From positions 1 to 64,000 of the IMG/VR virus record IMGVR_UViG_3300043036_000358: 64,000 bases of DNA. One strand, given 5' to 3'. A program made the position numbers and the translations under genes. Source of the stretch: a virus (lineage: Duplodnaviria; Caudoviricetes). Within the stretch, counting starts at the first letter, position 1; each line of letters opens with the position of its first letter. The notes under the pieces were generated by a model. The model worked only from the letters and a program-made list of their open reading frames with translations. It made no database searches and was not told the DNA's origin. Shown here in pieces: positions 42,816 to 53,872 of this stretch.

Positions 42816-44630
42816 TTATAGCCATATATTATTAAATTCTTGGCTGGTTTTAGTTTCGTGACCACTGCGCTCTAGCTTAAATTGAATGTCATATTGAGCG
42901 TTGGCACTGGTGGTATTAAATACTGTAGTAGCAAAGCTGCTCTTAGAGTCGGCGAGTACGTTTATTGTGGTTGCTAGGGCTGTCCAAGGGCCCCACGCGG
43001 CTCCACCAGCTTCTTTAAATTTATAGTATACTGTAAAATCTCTAAGATACCCTACCGAAGCTATTCTTGTTATTCTGACTACTACGGTTCTGGCTTGACC
43101 AGTTGCATTGGTTCCTTCAATCGAGAATGTTGCTCCGTATACAGGAAATACAAAAGCTTCTCCATTTTTAACAATGGTATATGTTTCGTAAGCAGAGTTA
43201 CTTATAATATACTGCATATCATAAATACCAACTGTACCTTCAGTAGCCAAATACTCAAATGGTTCAATAGCAGCACTGCTAGTCTGACCTGCGCCTACTG
43301 TTACTGTATAGGGCGCTTGTTGTGAATAATCTGCTTGGGTAATAACTGTAAAAGTTCTGTCAACCGGATAACTGCTGATACCGGTTATTTGTACTGAAGC
43401 ATAGCTACCGGTTGCGCTAATTATTTGTGCAGGGCTTTGAATAAGTATACTGTCAAGAAGCCGAATTGGAGTACCTGTATTAGGGTCATTTATATACCAA
43501 AACAAGAATATGCTTTCCTGCCCCTCTGCGATAGTATCTAGTGCAGCATACACTATGAAATCTACTACGTCCGCAGTCAATATTAGTTCGCCTGTTAAAG
43601 TAGCAGTTGTACCGTCAGTAATTAACCAGTCTGCAGCAACAGCGTTACCTAAAATTGTAGATTGACGCCAAAAGAAGCTTGCAGCACTACCATAAGGTAT
43701 ATTAGTTGTAGAGCATGTAATTGTAGAAGACTGCCCTTCTCGAATTGTAGTAGGACTAAAACTAATAGTAACGTCCGGCATTGCTAGTAGTGTTATAGCA
43801 GTACTTGTGCCCAATATACTTCCGCTGCTGTTAGTTAGTCTATATCTAACATAGACATTTTTATCTGCAGTTATGTCTTTAGTACCGTTCCAGTCTTTAC
43901 TTCTTACTGTTACAGTAACAATCCCGTTTGCAGGTACTGTTAACGTACCTGTTAAACTAGCAGGCAGTTCTATATCTGCGGATGTTAGTGCTGCATCTCC
44001 ATATACTTCATAATATACTGTTGAACCAACTAGACCAGCTGTGGTTAAAGTAGCTACACTAGTTCTGTAACTAGTATCTTTATTAGCATACCTATAAATA
44101 GTGGTACTACCTAATGTTAATGCTGCCGTATAAGTATCAGTTACTGTAAGTGTAGAGCTTTGACCAACAGACACAGTTCTTAAAGAATCACTATAAAAAG
44201 TTACATTAAAAGTACCGCTGCCTTCTATAGCAGCGTCTGTTACAGGTCCAAAAGTAAAACTTGGGTAAGACTCGCTGGTAGAATTATAGCTCACAGAACC
44301 GGACACAGCATCAAAATCAGCATCTTGTAGGTTAGAGTAATCTGTTAGCTTCCAGTATATTGTTGGATATACTGTGGTACTAGCAGATACAGTTACTGTA
44401 AAATTATTACCTTCTGCAGTAGTACCAGGTGTAACAACAGAAGTTAGTGGTGTGGTTTTTGTTTTTCCACGCAAGTTATTCATGCTAATAGTACCAGAAC
44501 TTGGAACTCCACTAAGCCCGGCGGGCACATAAGACCCGCCGGCGTAGTATTCATCCAAAGCAATCGGACTGCTACCACCAAATTCGGTTTGTATATCTGT
44601 CATTGATATTGTTCCGGTAGGTGTAGTCAT
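42816..44630 (-). CDS. fibre-tip/adhesin protein with Ig/Calx-beta-like repeats
   Basis: N-terminal GTISMTDIQTEFGG..PIAL.EYY...SGTISM.NLRGK module; T/S-rich beta repeats (EG.ES, D...EG.GTF). Confidence 0.75.
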   Translation of the reverse strand: MTTPTGTISMTDIQTEFGGSSPIALDEYYAGGSYVPAGLSGVPSSGTISMNNLRGKTKTTPLTSVVTPGTTAEGNNFTVTVSASTTVYPTIYWKLTDYSNLQDADFDAVSGSVSYNSTSESYPSFTFGPVTDAAIEGSGTFNVTFYSDSLRTVSVGQSSTLTVTDTYTAALTLGSTTIYRYANKDTSYRTSVATLTTAGLVGSTVYYEVYGDAALTSADIELPASLTGTLTVPANGIVTVTVRSKDWNGTKDITADKNVYVRYRLTNSSGSILGTSTAITLLAMPDVTISFSPTTIREGQSSTITCSTTNIPYGSAASFFWRQSTILGNAVAADWLITDGTTATLTGELILTADVVDFIVYAALDTIAEGQESIFLFWYINDPNTGTPIRLLDSILIQSPAQIISATGSYASVQITGISSYPVDRTFTVITQADYSQQAPYTVTVGAGQTSSAAIEPFEYLATEGTVGIYDMQYIISNSAYETYTIVKNGEAFVFPVYGATFSIEGTNATGQARTVVVRITRIASVGYLRDFTVYYKFKEAGGAAWGPWTALATTINVLADSKSSFATTVFNTTSANAQYDIQFKLERSGHETKTSQEFNNIWL

Positions 44631-47600
44631 CTGGTTTTCCTGTCAAGTTCAAGTATTGCTTCTATTAGTAATGGAATTAACTTTTCATAGCTAACTGCTA
44701 GTGTACCATCTTGTCTAGTATGTACTGCTTCTGGTAATTGTTCTAACACTTCTTGTGCTATAACACCTACATCATGTGCCTTTATTAACCCCAGTTTAAC
44801 TTCCTTTTGATACTTACTTAAGTAATCTGGTGTCCAATCATAGTTGTAACCACCTAGTGCTCTTAGCTTTTGTAAAGGTTTTGTTATTCGCAAAATATTT
44901 TGCTTTAGTCTACGGTCACTAGAGTTATATGCTATAATATTTCCTGTTGCTGAAATGGCGCCAGTAGTAACAATGTCACCAATAACATCAATACCAGCAT
45001 TAACATTAAGCTTGCGAGTAATTGTTACATTGCCCTCAAAAGTACCGGCCTGACTAATTCCTCCATAACTTTTTGCAACTACCGCAGTACAACTAGCAAC
45101 AGGTGCACTTGCATATAAACAAACTGCATCACCAACGGCAATTAAACCTATACCTTTTCTATTACCTGGATACTGCCAAGTAGAAGGATCCGCTTGAGGA
45201 TCATTATTACCTGCTCCTTCTGCGACAGCAAATACACCAACGTTCCACGCACTATACAGAGTTAAGTCTGGAGCATATCCAGCTAGGCCTACTCGTAGTA
45301 CATTTTTTTCAGGATCGTTTGCAGGAATAGGGTAAAGAGCCGGGTTTAGTGCACTAACACCGCCTTGAGCATAACCTAGTAATGCAGATCTTGCCTTGTA
45401 GGTTTGCTCTAGCAAGGCTATACCTTTATCATTAGTCCAATTTACTGTTACAGTATTAGTCTGGCCTTTAGCAACAACTTGGCCTTGCATATAGACATTA
45501 GTACCGTAAAAATCACCAGTATCTTTTTTAATATAGTAGCCTGCTTGTACTGCACCAGTAGAGTTACTATATATATTTAAGAAAGACTGTAAGTCTGGTA
45601 CTCCGGTACTAACTGTTTGAGACTGGTTAATATACTGCCAATTATCACTACGTATATCTTGAAATATACTAGCAGCAATTGGTGCACTCCATTTAGTAGT
45701 ATTAAGTGCAATACCTTCAGGCGCACTAGCGTCATCTTCATTATATCGTCCATAACTATACCATACTACATTACCTATTGTTGCTGTAGGTGCTGTATCA
45801 GTCCAAACAGAAGCACCACTTGTTGGTACAGAAGTATTTCCAGTAGTAGTTGTAGAGTAAGCTGGAGCTCCTAGATTTTGTGCTACAAGCTTATATGCTA
45901 CACGAGTAGATATACCTTTTGCTCCTGTACCCCCTGTTGTGCTAGCGCCTGTGGCACCAGCTTTGGATTTAGCGAAGCTTTGGCGTACTATTTGAGTACC
46001 GGTCTGACCGGTTGTAGTTACATAGCTTATGGTATAGTCTATATATGCAATATCTGCAGTCATTGCTGAATGTGTGTCATAGTCTATTGTACTAGCAGAT
46101 AATGTAGGTGAAGTATCTGCAGTAATACCACTAGCAGATGTACTAGAAACATACCAAGTACCATTAGCATATGGAGAAGCTGCGTCTACTGTTAAAAGTG
46201 TATTACCTTGCTTTACACGTATAGTAGTACCACTACCTGTATATCCCGAAGTTGCAACAGTGCCATCGTTTGCAGCAGGTATAACATGAGCACTGTTTGA
46301 TAACTCAACAGTTATCTGCTCAGTACCATCATTAATACGATATAGTGTAAAGCTATCGGTTACAGTACCAATAGTAGCTGTTACAATTACTGTTCCAACC
46401 GTTACTCCCAGAGCAGCAAACTGAGCTCCGGTTATTGTAATGGTATTGGTTGCTTGTGTAAAAGTTACAGCACCTGTAGTATTACCAGCACTAGTTACTA
46501 AAACCCCAGTGCGAGTATATGCTGTAGCTGTAAAAGTAGGTGTACCAGTAATATTTTTAAGAGCAGCAGTTATTACTGTGTTAGCTGTTACTGGTGTTGT
46601 TGCAAATTGATCCTTAAATACAAAATCACTGTTAGTTGCAGATAGCTGAATTAGTGGAGCAGCAATACCTGCTTTAGATTTAGCGAAGCTTTGGCGTACT
46701 GTTTGCGTACCTGCTTGACCGGTTGTAGTTATATAGGTTATGGTATAGTCTATATACGCATTATCAGCAGTCATTGCTGAATGTGTGTCATAGTCTATTG
46801 TACTAGCAGATAATGTAGGTGAAGTATCTGCAGTAATACCACTGGCAGATGTACTAGAAACATACCAAGTACCATTAGCGTATGGAGAAGTTGCATCTAC
46901 TGTTAAAAGTGTATTACCTTGCTTTACACGTATAGTAGTACCACTACCAATATAGTTAGCTGATACTGTGCTACCACTTTCTGTAGCGGGTATTAGGTGA
47001 GAACTATTTGATAACTCAACAGTTATCTGCTCAGTACCATCATTAATACGATATAGTGTAAAGCTATCGGTTACAGTACCAATAGTAGCTGTTACAATTA
47101 CTGTACCAACCGTTACTCCCAGAGCAGCAAACTGAGCTCCGGTTATTGTAATGGTATTGGTTGCTTGTGTAAAAGCTACAGCACCTGTAGTATTACCTGC
47201 ACTAGTTACTAGCGCGCCTGCACGAGTATACGCTGTAGCTGTAAAAGTAGGTGTACCTGTAATATTTTTAAGCGCTGCTGTTATTACTGTGTTAGCTGTT
47301 ACTGGTGTTGTTGCAAACTCATCCTTAAATACAAAATCACTGTTAGTTACAGATAGCTGAATTAATGGAGCGTTAGCTCCAGGTGCACCGCTATTAGATT
47401 TATTTAGTGTAAGTATTTTGCTTAGTGTAAGAGTACCGAGTTTTGCATTATATGTTGCGCTAGCACTAACTGCACTTATAGCGCTAATAGCAATAACTCC
47501 AGTAGTAGCGTTTATAGTACTGGTCATACCAGTTTCGGATGCTTTTTCCCAAGTAACGCCGTCACTATTAGTAAGCACAGCGCTTCCACGTAAAACTACT

Positions 47601-49387
47601 AACTTACTTGATAGTGGTAACTGCCCTGCTATAGGTGTTCCTGTACTATCGCAGCTTACAGTTTGATTCTCGTTTTCTAAACCTGCTACTATAGTGTCGT
47701 CGCCCTCTTTCACTGAATATAGAGTAAGTAGGTCATACCCTGTTTCACCATCGCCTGTTACATCTACCCGTATTAACACAGTGCCTGCGGCAAAGCTGCT
47801 ACGTGTAAGCGTGTTACCAGTAGCACCTTCAATAACTGTTAGTGTAGCACCTCCATCAGTACTTGACTTCCAAACGTACGTAGGGCTGGCACCAAAATTA
47901 GAAGCAGTAGCAGTAAGTGTAACTGAACTTGGCGTTACCGTTCCTGTATTTTTTTGTTTTATAAATACTTGACCAGTAGAAGTTAGTGTTACTAATGGTG
48001 CACTAGAACCAGTTATACCGGCTTTGGATTTAGCAAAACTCTGACGAACTACTTGACTACCTGTTTGACCTGTGGTAGTTCTATAATATATTGTATAATC
48101 AATATATGCACTGTCCGCAGTCATGGCTGCATGAGTGTCAAAATCTATATAGTTACTGGCAACCGTAGGTGTAGGATCGCAGGTAATACCAACACTGGTG
48201 ATATCAAATATATTCCAAGTACCTACGCTATCATACGGTGAAGTTTGGTCCACTGGTAGATAAGTGTTGCCTTGTTTTACACGAACTGTGGTGCCGCTAC
48301 CAATATAGTTAGCTGCTACTGTATCACCGTTTTCTGCAGCAGGTATTAGGTGAGAACTATTTGATAACTCAACAGTTATCTGCTCAGTACCATCATTAAT
48401 ACGATATAGTGTAAAGCTATCACTTACTGTACCAATAGTAGCTGTTACAATTACTGTACCAACCGTTACTCCCAGAGCAGCAAACTGAGCTCCGGTTATA
48501 GTAATAGTATTACCGGATGTTGTAAAAGCCACTGCACCTGTAAGGTTACCTGGGGTGGTTACTAGTACCCCTGCACGAGTATATGCTTTGGCTGTAAAAA
48601 CAACCGTACCCGTAATATTTTTAAGAGCTGCAGTTAACACTGTGTTAGTGGTTAAGGAAGTTGTTGCAAACTGGTCTTTAAACACAAAATCGCTGTTAGT
48701 TGCTGACAACTGAATTAGCGGTGCATTAGCTCCAGCTATACCCTTATAAACATTCCATACTTGCTCTACTACAACAGTTTTATATGTTGCCAGAAACGTA
48801 ATACTACCGCTATTTGCAGTCATTCCTGTACAACTATAAACACCACTATTGGCATCTATAGTTGCCCCAGTAAGAAAACTATTACTATTTGCTTTAATGC
48901 TATAAACAGGTCCTGCACCTGTAACGTCTTGGCTTACATCATATACCTTAAAGGTACCAGTAGCAAGACTGAAGTTTCCACCAGTTCCGTCTGCAGCAGT
49001 TGCAATGCCGGTAGGGTCATTGGTTAGATAACCATACACAGTAACATTTTCGTCATACACTACTTGAGTTAGTTCACTAGAAACAGTATAAGATTCTGGC
49101 CCCGTAGGGCCTGCTGGATCTACTTCATCGGAATCAATAGCACTAATAAAAGCATACTTTACATAGTACCTTGTGTTGGGTACTAAGTTTGTAATGATTA
49201 CTGATAAACTATTACCAGAAGGCACCAATGTGCCCTGTCCATTATTTGGATCAAATCCAGTTGTTGTAGAATACCATACTCTTACCGATTGTAAGTCGTC
49301 CCTGATGTCTGTAGTCCTAACAGTGTCATATGGTTTATCTAGTACCAAATGTAGCGATTTTACGCCGGGGTATAAATATGCCGCCAT
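44627..49387 (-). CDS. long tail fibre: FN3 N-terminus, three repeats of about 237 aa, C-terminal S74 chaperone
   Basis: YYVKYAFI FN3-like start; APLIQLS...QSFAKSKAG three times; SSDRRLKQNI...GVIAQEV...YEKLIPLLIEAI.EL. Confidence 0.9.
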   Translation of the reverse strand: MAAYLYPGVKSLHLVLDKPYDTVRTTDIRDDLQSVRVWYSTTTGFDPNNGQGTLVPSGNSLSVIITNLVPNTRYYVKYAFISAIDSDEVDPAGPTGPESYTVSSELTQVVYDENVTVYGYLTNDPTGIATAADGTGGNFSLATGTFKVYDVSQDVTGAGPVYSIKANSNSFLTGATIDANSGVYSCTGMTANSGSITFLATYKTVVVEQVWNVYKGIAGANAPLIQLSATNSDFVFKDQFATTSLTTNTVLTAALKNITGTVVFTAKAYTRAGVLVTTPGNLTGAVAFTTSGNTITITGAQFAALGVTVGTVIVTATIGTVSDSFTLYRINDGTEQITVELSNSSHLIPAAENGDTVAANYIGSGTTVRVKQGNTYLPVDQTSPYDSVGTWNIFDITSVGITCDPTPTVASNYIDFDTHAAMTADSAYIDYTIYYRTTTGQTGSQVVRQSFAKSKAGITGSSAPLVTLTSTGQVFIKQKNTGTVTPSSVTLTATASNFGASPTYVWKSSTDGGATLTVIEGATGNTLTRSSFAAGTVLIRVDVTGDGETGYDLLTLYSVKEGDDTIVAGLENENQTVSCDSTGTPIAGQLPLSSKLVVLRGSAVLTNSDGVTWEKASETGMTSTINATTGVIAISAISAVSASATYNAKLGTLTLSKILTLNKSNSGAPGANAPLIQLSVTNSDFVFKDEFATTPVTANTVITAALKNITGTPTFTATAYTRAGALVTSAGNTTGAVAFTQATNTITITGAQFAALGVTVGTVIVTATIGTVTDSFTLYRINDGTEQITVELSNSSHLIPATESGSTVSANYIGSGTTIRVKQGNTLLTVDATSPYANGTWYVSSTSASGITADTSPTLSASTIDYDTHSAMTADNAYIDYTITYITTTGQAGTQTVRQSFAKSKAGIAAPLIQLSATNSDFVFKDQFATTPVTANTVITAALKNITGTPTFTATAYTRTGVLVTSAGNTTGAVTFTQATNTITITGAQFAALGVTVGTVIVTATIGTVTDSFTLYRINDGTEQITVELSNSAHVIPAANDGTVATSGYTGSGTTIRVKQGNTLLTVDAASPYANGTWYVSSTSASGITADTSPTLSASTIDYDTHSAMTADIAYIDYTISYVTTTGQTGTQIVRQSFAKSKAGATGASTTGGTGAKGISTRVAYKLVAQNLGAPAYSTTTTGNTSVPTSGASVWTDTAPTATIGNVVWYSYGRYNEDDASAPEGIALNTTKWSAPIAASIFQDIRSDNWQYINQSQTVSTGVPDLQSFLNIYSNSTGAVQAGYYIKKDTGDFYGTNVYMQGQVVAKGQTNTVTVNWTNDKGIALLEQTYKARSALLGYAQGGVSALNPALYPIPANDPEKNVLRVGLAGYAPDLTLYSAWNVGVFAVAEGAGNNDPQADPSTWQYPGNRKGIGLIAVGDAVCLYASAPVASCTAVVAKSYGGISQAGTFEGNVTITRKLNVNAGIDVIGDIVTTGAISATGNIIAYNSSDRRLKQNILRITKPLQKLRALGGYNYDWTPDYLSKYQKEVKLGLIKAHDVGVIAQEVLEQLPEAVHTRQDGTLAVSYEKLIPLLIEAILELDRKTR
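45960..47381. repeat. 711-bp tandem duplication within the fibre gene; third diverged copy at about 48021-48735
   Basis: AGCGAAGCTTTGGCGTACT at 45971 and 46682 (offset 711, in frame); long stretches near-identical. Confidence 0.9.
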
Positions 49388-49396
49388 TTTTATCCT

Positions 49397-52300
49397 TTAT
49401 GTAATAGTTTTAACAACTATTGTTCCTAGAGTACTTACAGTACTGTAATTTCCTTGACGATCTAGTGCCCTGCAAGCTATTCTGTAGGTAACTCCAGCTG
49501 CGGAAAGTCTTGGCCTTGGTTGTTCACGAAGGTCAAATCTAGCATCTCCGGTGCTTTTAACAATTTTAATACCATACTGCGGATCACTGATATCTAATTC
49601 CCAGAAATCTTCTGTACCAGTATCTTTGCGTAATCTGTACTCGTAAGTTAAAAAATCAGGCATTTGTGTTGTTACAGCTGGCTTTGCAACAATAAAAGTA
49701 CCTTCTAAATCTACTTCCAATGTTGGCGCTAAAGACCCATTAACAGTTTTACCAGAATTTAAAAACCAAAATATCTCGCTCCAAGGACCGACTATTAATC
49801 CAGACTTACTGCTATACCTAGAACGCATTTTGTATGTGCTGTCTGTAGTTAGTCCATTAACTACTAAACTGCTAATAGATTTATCAACTGTGTATATTTC
49901 ACTTAAACTACTAGAATCAAAATCCGAATCTGCACGAATAATCTGCGATTCAATTTGCTCAGCATTTTGACTTAATCCCATAGGGCTAGAGAAACTAACA
50001 ATCACTACGTTTTGATAAGTTCCACCAGAGATTGCTTCACTTAAGGCACTTTCGCTACTTACTTGATTGATAATAGGTGCTTGTGTTATGGTATTTTTAA
50101 CAATATCAGTATTATCTAATGTAATATTTGCGTCAAATGTTAATAATTGGTCTAAATCAGCAGTGTATATTTCTGGGGAATAGTCAACAAGAGTTAACTT
50201 AGCTCCAGTACTACTTGTAGGCTCTATGCTTAGAACCACTAATTCTTGAGTTACTCGATCTAACTCGCCCAACATAAATAAATTATCAGGCTCTATACCA
50301 TCAGATAATTGAATTATTGAAGCATCGGATAACTGTATTGTAGTATAGAAATCAGTAATAGTAATTGGAGCTAATGTTTTTGTAATTCCATCTGGCTTAG
50401 TTTTATCGTTTGTTCTAATTAGTATGCTATAAGTTTTACCGGCAGTTAACTTCATTGGCTCGGTTAACTGAAGTGCGGTACTGCCTACTGTAACAGCTTT
50501 AATTCTGCCACTGCCCACGCCCCATAGAGGCACATCGTGGCTTACCTTTACAACGTCACCGCGATTACATACCAAGTATTCAAAGTCAGTATTAATAGAG
50601 TAAGTTTCTGGTCGTAGTTTTATCTGAGCATGGTGCCATCTAGCTAAGAACTTTGCTTGATCTTTATTAGTTACTCCTGGTAGTGTCAGGCTTTCAAATA
50701 ATGTAGCGGCTTCTTTACCACTAGTACCATCTTTGTTATATCCGTAATTATAAACAATAAGTTCATTGGTTTGATACGCCTGTTGCTCGTCTAGTAAGTT
50801 TATTCTAAACGCATGTGGAAGTCTTAACAATGTTTTTGTAGACTCGAAATCCCAACTATTGTATGGTGTAAAGTACTGAGTAGTATACGGTCTTGGCTTA
50901 TCTACTACAACGGACCATTTGCCGTCAATAAATAATGGACTTGCTAGCCCTGCAGCACATATATCACGTAATACATCAATAATACTCATGTTATTAGTAA
51001 GAGTATTATTGTACTCTAACTTACCACCGCTTGAGTTACCAGTATCACAAAACTCGTGCCAGTCTTGTAACGTAGCTAAGTCAATTTTATCTCGCCACTC
51101 TGTGTTTTTGATAGCGTATGCATTTGCAGGATGCATTAGTACATGCATAAATAAACTAGCAGGATTGCTAGTAGGTCTATTAATCCATGTCTGCGTAGCC
51201 TTATCCCAGTCTAAACAAATTGATTGTACTAGTGCATTTACACCTTCAATGCTGCCATTGATCTTGTTAGTACTTTGTACTTTGATAGCAGTTTTTGCTA
51301 ACCAACAGCCTGGAGGATTTACCGCAGGTCTAGTATTATCGAAACAGGCTGCAGTAAATAGCACAATCTTATTTAAATAGCGCAAGTCTCCTTGTTCTTC
51401 TATACTACTATTAGTTCTCTTACACCTTATTGCATACCTAGCTTTAGGTAATTGCTCGAAATATTGTGTGTATCCACCCGCATCTTTGCGTTTATGAAAC
51501 AGTCCAGGAGCACCAAAAACAATTTCTGTATAAGTTTTTGCAACTGTGTTAATACCGCCACGAGTATACTTAACAACAAGTGAACCACCTATTAATCCGC
51601 CCCCTGAATTATCTGCTTTTAATCTAACAGTGTGATTTCCCTTTTCTAAATAGTGTAAGGTACTTTGTACTTCTCTCCAACTAAGTGCTTTTATAATAGT
51701 TATACCATCTACTATTACTTCTCCACTATCATCAGCGCTTGTTTCAAACAAGTACTGCCCAGAGTACGGAAAGTACACTGTTTGTGAATAGTCTAAACTT
51801 GTACCGCTCTTGTTACCGTCATTTGAAGCAATGCCGTAGTTATTTAGTAAGCTAGTCCAACCACTATAACCCTCAGCATTTGTCTTACCTATAAACTGTC
51901 GAGAAGTAAATATAGTCTCAGTTTCAAGACCACTATCTTCAGTTACTACATTAGATGCAGCATTTTTAATTATGTACCCTGCTTGTACGTCAAATTTTAC
52001 ATAACCACTAGGGCTATATACCGTTGTATTAAACTCGCCCTGATAAGCTTCAGTTAACTGAGTGACAGTTAATCCCAGGCCTTCGTGCATAGAATACTGA
52101 CTTAAATAACTAATTGTACTTTCTACCTCTCCGCTGCCTTTTAATAATACTGTATGTATTGGTAAAAAATCTTGTGGAATTACAGGTATAGTAGAAAATT
52201 TAGCACTTATGTCCTCTAGCATCCAACCATAGTTACTTTTTTCCGCAGCAGCTATTTCTGATGAGGTTAGAACCCCGTTAGGGTTTGAATAAACAATGCC

Positions 52301-53872
52301 ATCAAATATTTGTACGCCACCGGTAGGTGCTATAGCAAAAGTAAAAAATTGATGGTATGGAACGTAGTTAGCTACAGTAGTATCGCCCATAGGAACGTCA
52401 GTGGTATTACCTCCAGGTGCTGGTAAAGTAGTAGTAAATGCTGCAGGGTCTAATTGGTTCGAGTTATACGCACCCAGCGAATAAGGAGTTTGAGGACTAA
52501 AGATCCATTGTGCAGTGGCGGGATTATACACACCTAATTCCACAGATACTTTAGCTGTGGTTTCTGACACATCACCATTTTTAGTATTAACGGCACGCAT
52601 ACCTTCAGGAGCAGTAAAAGAAACAGCTACTCGGGTAGACTCTTGATTAAAGTAAATATACTGCCAAGGGTTGTCGGCCTCTAAATTTACTAGCTCTACT
52701 TGCTTTGCTGGGGCCTGCTCTACGTCGGAACCATATAGTGCATTAAAACTTGTTTCGTCCTGATCTGTAGTACCGTATAGTGTAACTGGTCTAGGAGTTT
52801 CTAGTGCTAGTCCAGTATAGTAATTTTCTAGTTGATTGGCACCAATACAAATATCATTAATTGCTAGTGGGCCAAAACCCCATACAATTAATAAGTTTAA
52901 TAAAGTTGTATCGCTTAATGTTTCTATGTATGGTGTAGCACCTAACAAACCAGACATTCTAACTTTACCAAGTACTACAGGTATCGCTCCGAATCTATTT
53001 TCTTGATTGCTAGTACCAGTAAATACATTTAGTGGATTAGAGTTACCAGGATCATTTACGGTAGGTTGTCTAACTGGAAAAATAGCGTTTACAAGTGCAG
53101 AAGCCGCAATAGCTACCGCAAACTTACCAGCTGCTGCTGCAAAACTACCTGCTGCAGCTGCTCCGCCTGCAAGGAATTTGCCTACCATTGGTCCTAAGTA
53201 GACTACGGCTACAAAAACAATTACCATTTTTAAAACTTGTTCGCCGGCAACTGCTTTGTAAGTAACTACTTCTCCTGCTTTTAAAACAGTAGTAGCCCAT
53301 AAATCCTTTTGTACTGGCACACCGTCTACTAAAATAACTAGTTTTTCTGTGTACTGTGTACTATTAATAGCATATTTTTGTGTGATAAAATCAGCTACTT
53401 CTTGAACAGTTTTACCTGCCGCAGAAGATTCAAATACAATGCTTGATTTTAGTGGGTGTGGAGCACCTACAAGTTGTACTTGATTTTTAGTACTGTACTT
53501 GTATACTCCTTCTATTCGCTTAGTCCACTTGCTTGAAGTAAGTGACTCTACTACACTGTTTGCACCACTTCTGCAGTGTATAAACTTATTGTTATCTATA
53601 TAAACGCCAACGTGCGAAGGCTCGCCTAGCATATTAAATACTATTACGTCTCCGGGAGCATACTCAGTGGTTTTTTCCCAGTTATCTTTGTAAAGATTAA
53701 CCAAGCTAGAAATATCAGGGTCGCTGCGACCGTAATACTCTGTAGTATAGCTAGGTAGATCAATACCTAGTTCTTCTTTATAATAAAGGCGAACTAGTCC
53801 CCAGCAATCTATGCCGTCAATATCTCTACCATTATCTTTGTATGGTAATCCTATATATTTATCATATTTCAT
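49397..53872 (-). CDS. tail tip protein: NlpC/P60 + ubiquitin-like (gpI-like) + gpJ-like hub with PA14-like insert and FN3
   Basis: IDCWGLV...HVGVY..IHC; LV.LVDG...VL..GEVVT..AVAG; GAIPVVLGK.R..G, TAIKVQST.KING, NP...Y.EKL; SADD..EV.VDG...GNH.VRL. Confidence 0.88.
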   Translation of the reverse strand: MKYDKYIGLPYKDNGRDIDGIDCWGLVRLYYKEELGIDLPSYTTEYYGRSDPDISSLVNLYKDNWEKTTEYAPGDVIVFNMLGEPSHVGVYIDNNKFIHCRSGANSVVESLTSSKWTKRIEGVYKYSTKNQVQLVGAPHPLKSSIVFESSAAGKTVQEVADFITQKYAINSTQYTEKLVILVDGVPVQKDLWATTVLKAGEVVTYKAVAGEQVLKMVIVFVAVVYLGPMVGKFLAGGAAAAGSFAAAAGKFAVAIAASALVNAIFPVRQPTVNDPGNSNPLNVFTGTSNQENRFGAIPVVLGKVRMSGLLGATPYIETLSDTTLLNLLIVWGFGPLAINDICIGANQLENYYTGLALETPRPVTLYGTTDQDETSFNALYGSDVEQAPAKQVELVNLEADNPWQYIYFNQESTRVAVSFTAPEGMRAVNTKNGDVSETTAKVSVELGVYNPATAQWIFSPQTPYSLGAYNSNQLDPAAFTTTLPAPGGNTTDVPMGDTTVANYVPYHQFFTFAIAPTGGVQIFDGIVYSNPNGVLTSSEIAAAEKSNYGWMLEDISAKFSTIPVIPQDFLPIHTVLLKGSGEVESTISYLSQYSMHEGLGLTVTQLTEAYQGEFNTTVYSPSGYVKFDVQAGYIIKNAASNVVTEDSGLETETIFTSRQFIGKTNAEGYSGWTSLLNNYGIASNDGNKSGTSLDYSQTVYFPYSGQYLFETSADDSGEVIVDGITIIKALSWREVQSTLHYLEKGNHTVRLKADNSGGGLIGGSLVVKYTRGGINTVAKTYTEIVFGAPGLFHKRKDAGGYTQYFEQLPKARYAIRCKRTNSSIEEQGDLRYLNKIVLFTAACFDNTRPAVNPPGCWLAKTAIKVQSTNKINGSIEGVNALVQSICLDWDKATQTWINRPTSNPASLFMHVLMHPANAYAIKNTEWRDKIDLATLQDWHEFCDTGNSSGGKLEYNNTLTNNMSIIDVLRDICAAGLASPLFIDGKWSVVVDKPRPYTTQYFTPYNSWDFESTKTLLRLPHAFRINLLDEQQAYQTNELIVYNYGYNKDGTSGKEAATLFESLTLPGVTNKDQAKFLARWHHAQIKLRPETYSINTDFEYLVCNRGDVVKVSHDVPLWGVGSGRIKAVTVGSTALQLTEPMKLTAGKTYSILIRTNDKTKPDGITKTLAPITITDFYTTIQLSDASIIQLSDGIEPDNLFMLGELDRVTQELVVLSIEPTSSTGAKLTLVDYSPEIYTADLDQLLTFDANITLDNTDIVKNTITQAPIINQVSSESALSEAISGGTYQNVVIVSFSSPMGLSQNAEQIESQIIRADSDFDSSSLSEIYTVDKSISSLVVNGLTTDSTYKMRSRYSSKSGLIVGPWSEIFWFLNSGKTVNGSLAPTLEVDLEGTFIVAKPAVTTQMPDFLTYEYRLRKDTGTEDFWELDISDPQYGIKIVKSTGDARFDLREQPRPRLSAAGVTYRIACRALDRQGNYSTVSTLGTIVVKTIT

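Noticed and set aside
45960-48735. Diversity-generating retroelement (TR/VR pair) in the fibre repeats
   Set aside because: No reverse transcriptase in the window; differences between copies involve all bases, and both copies are in-frame coding.
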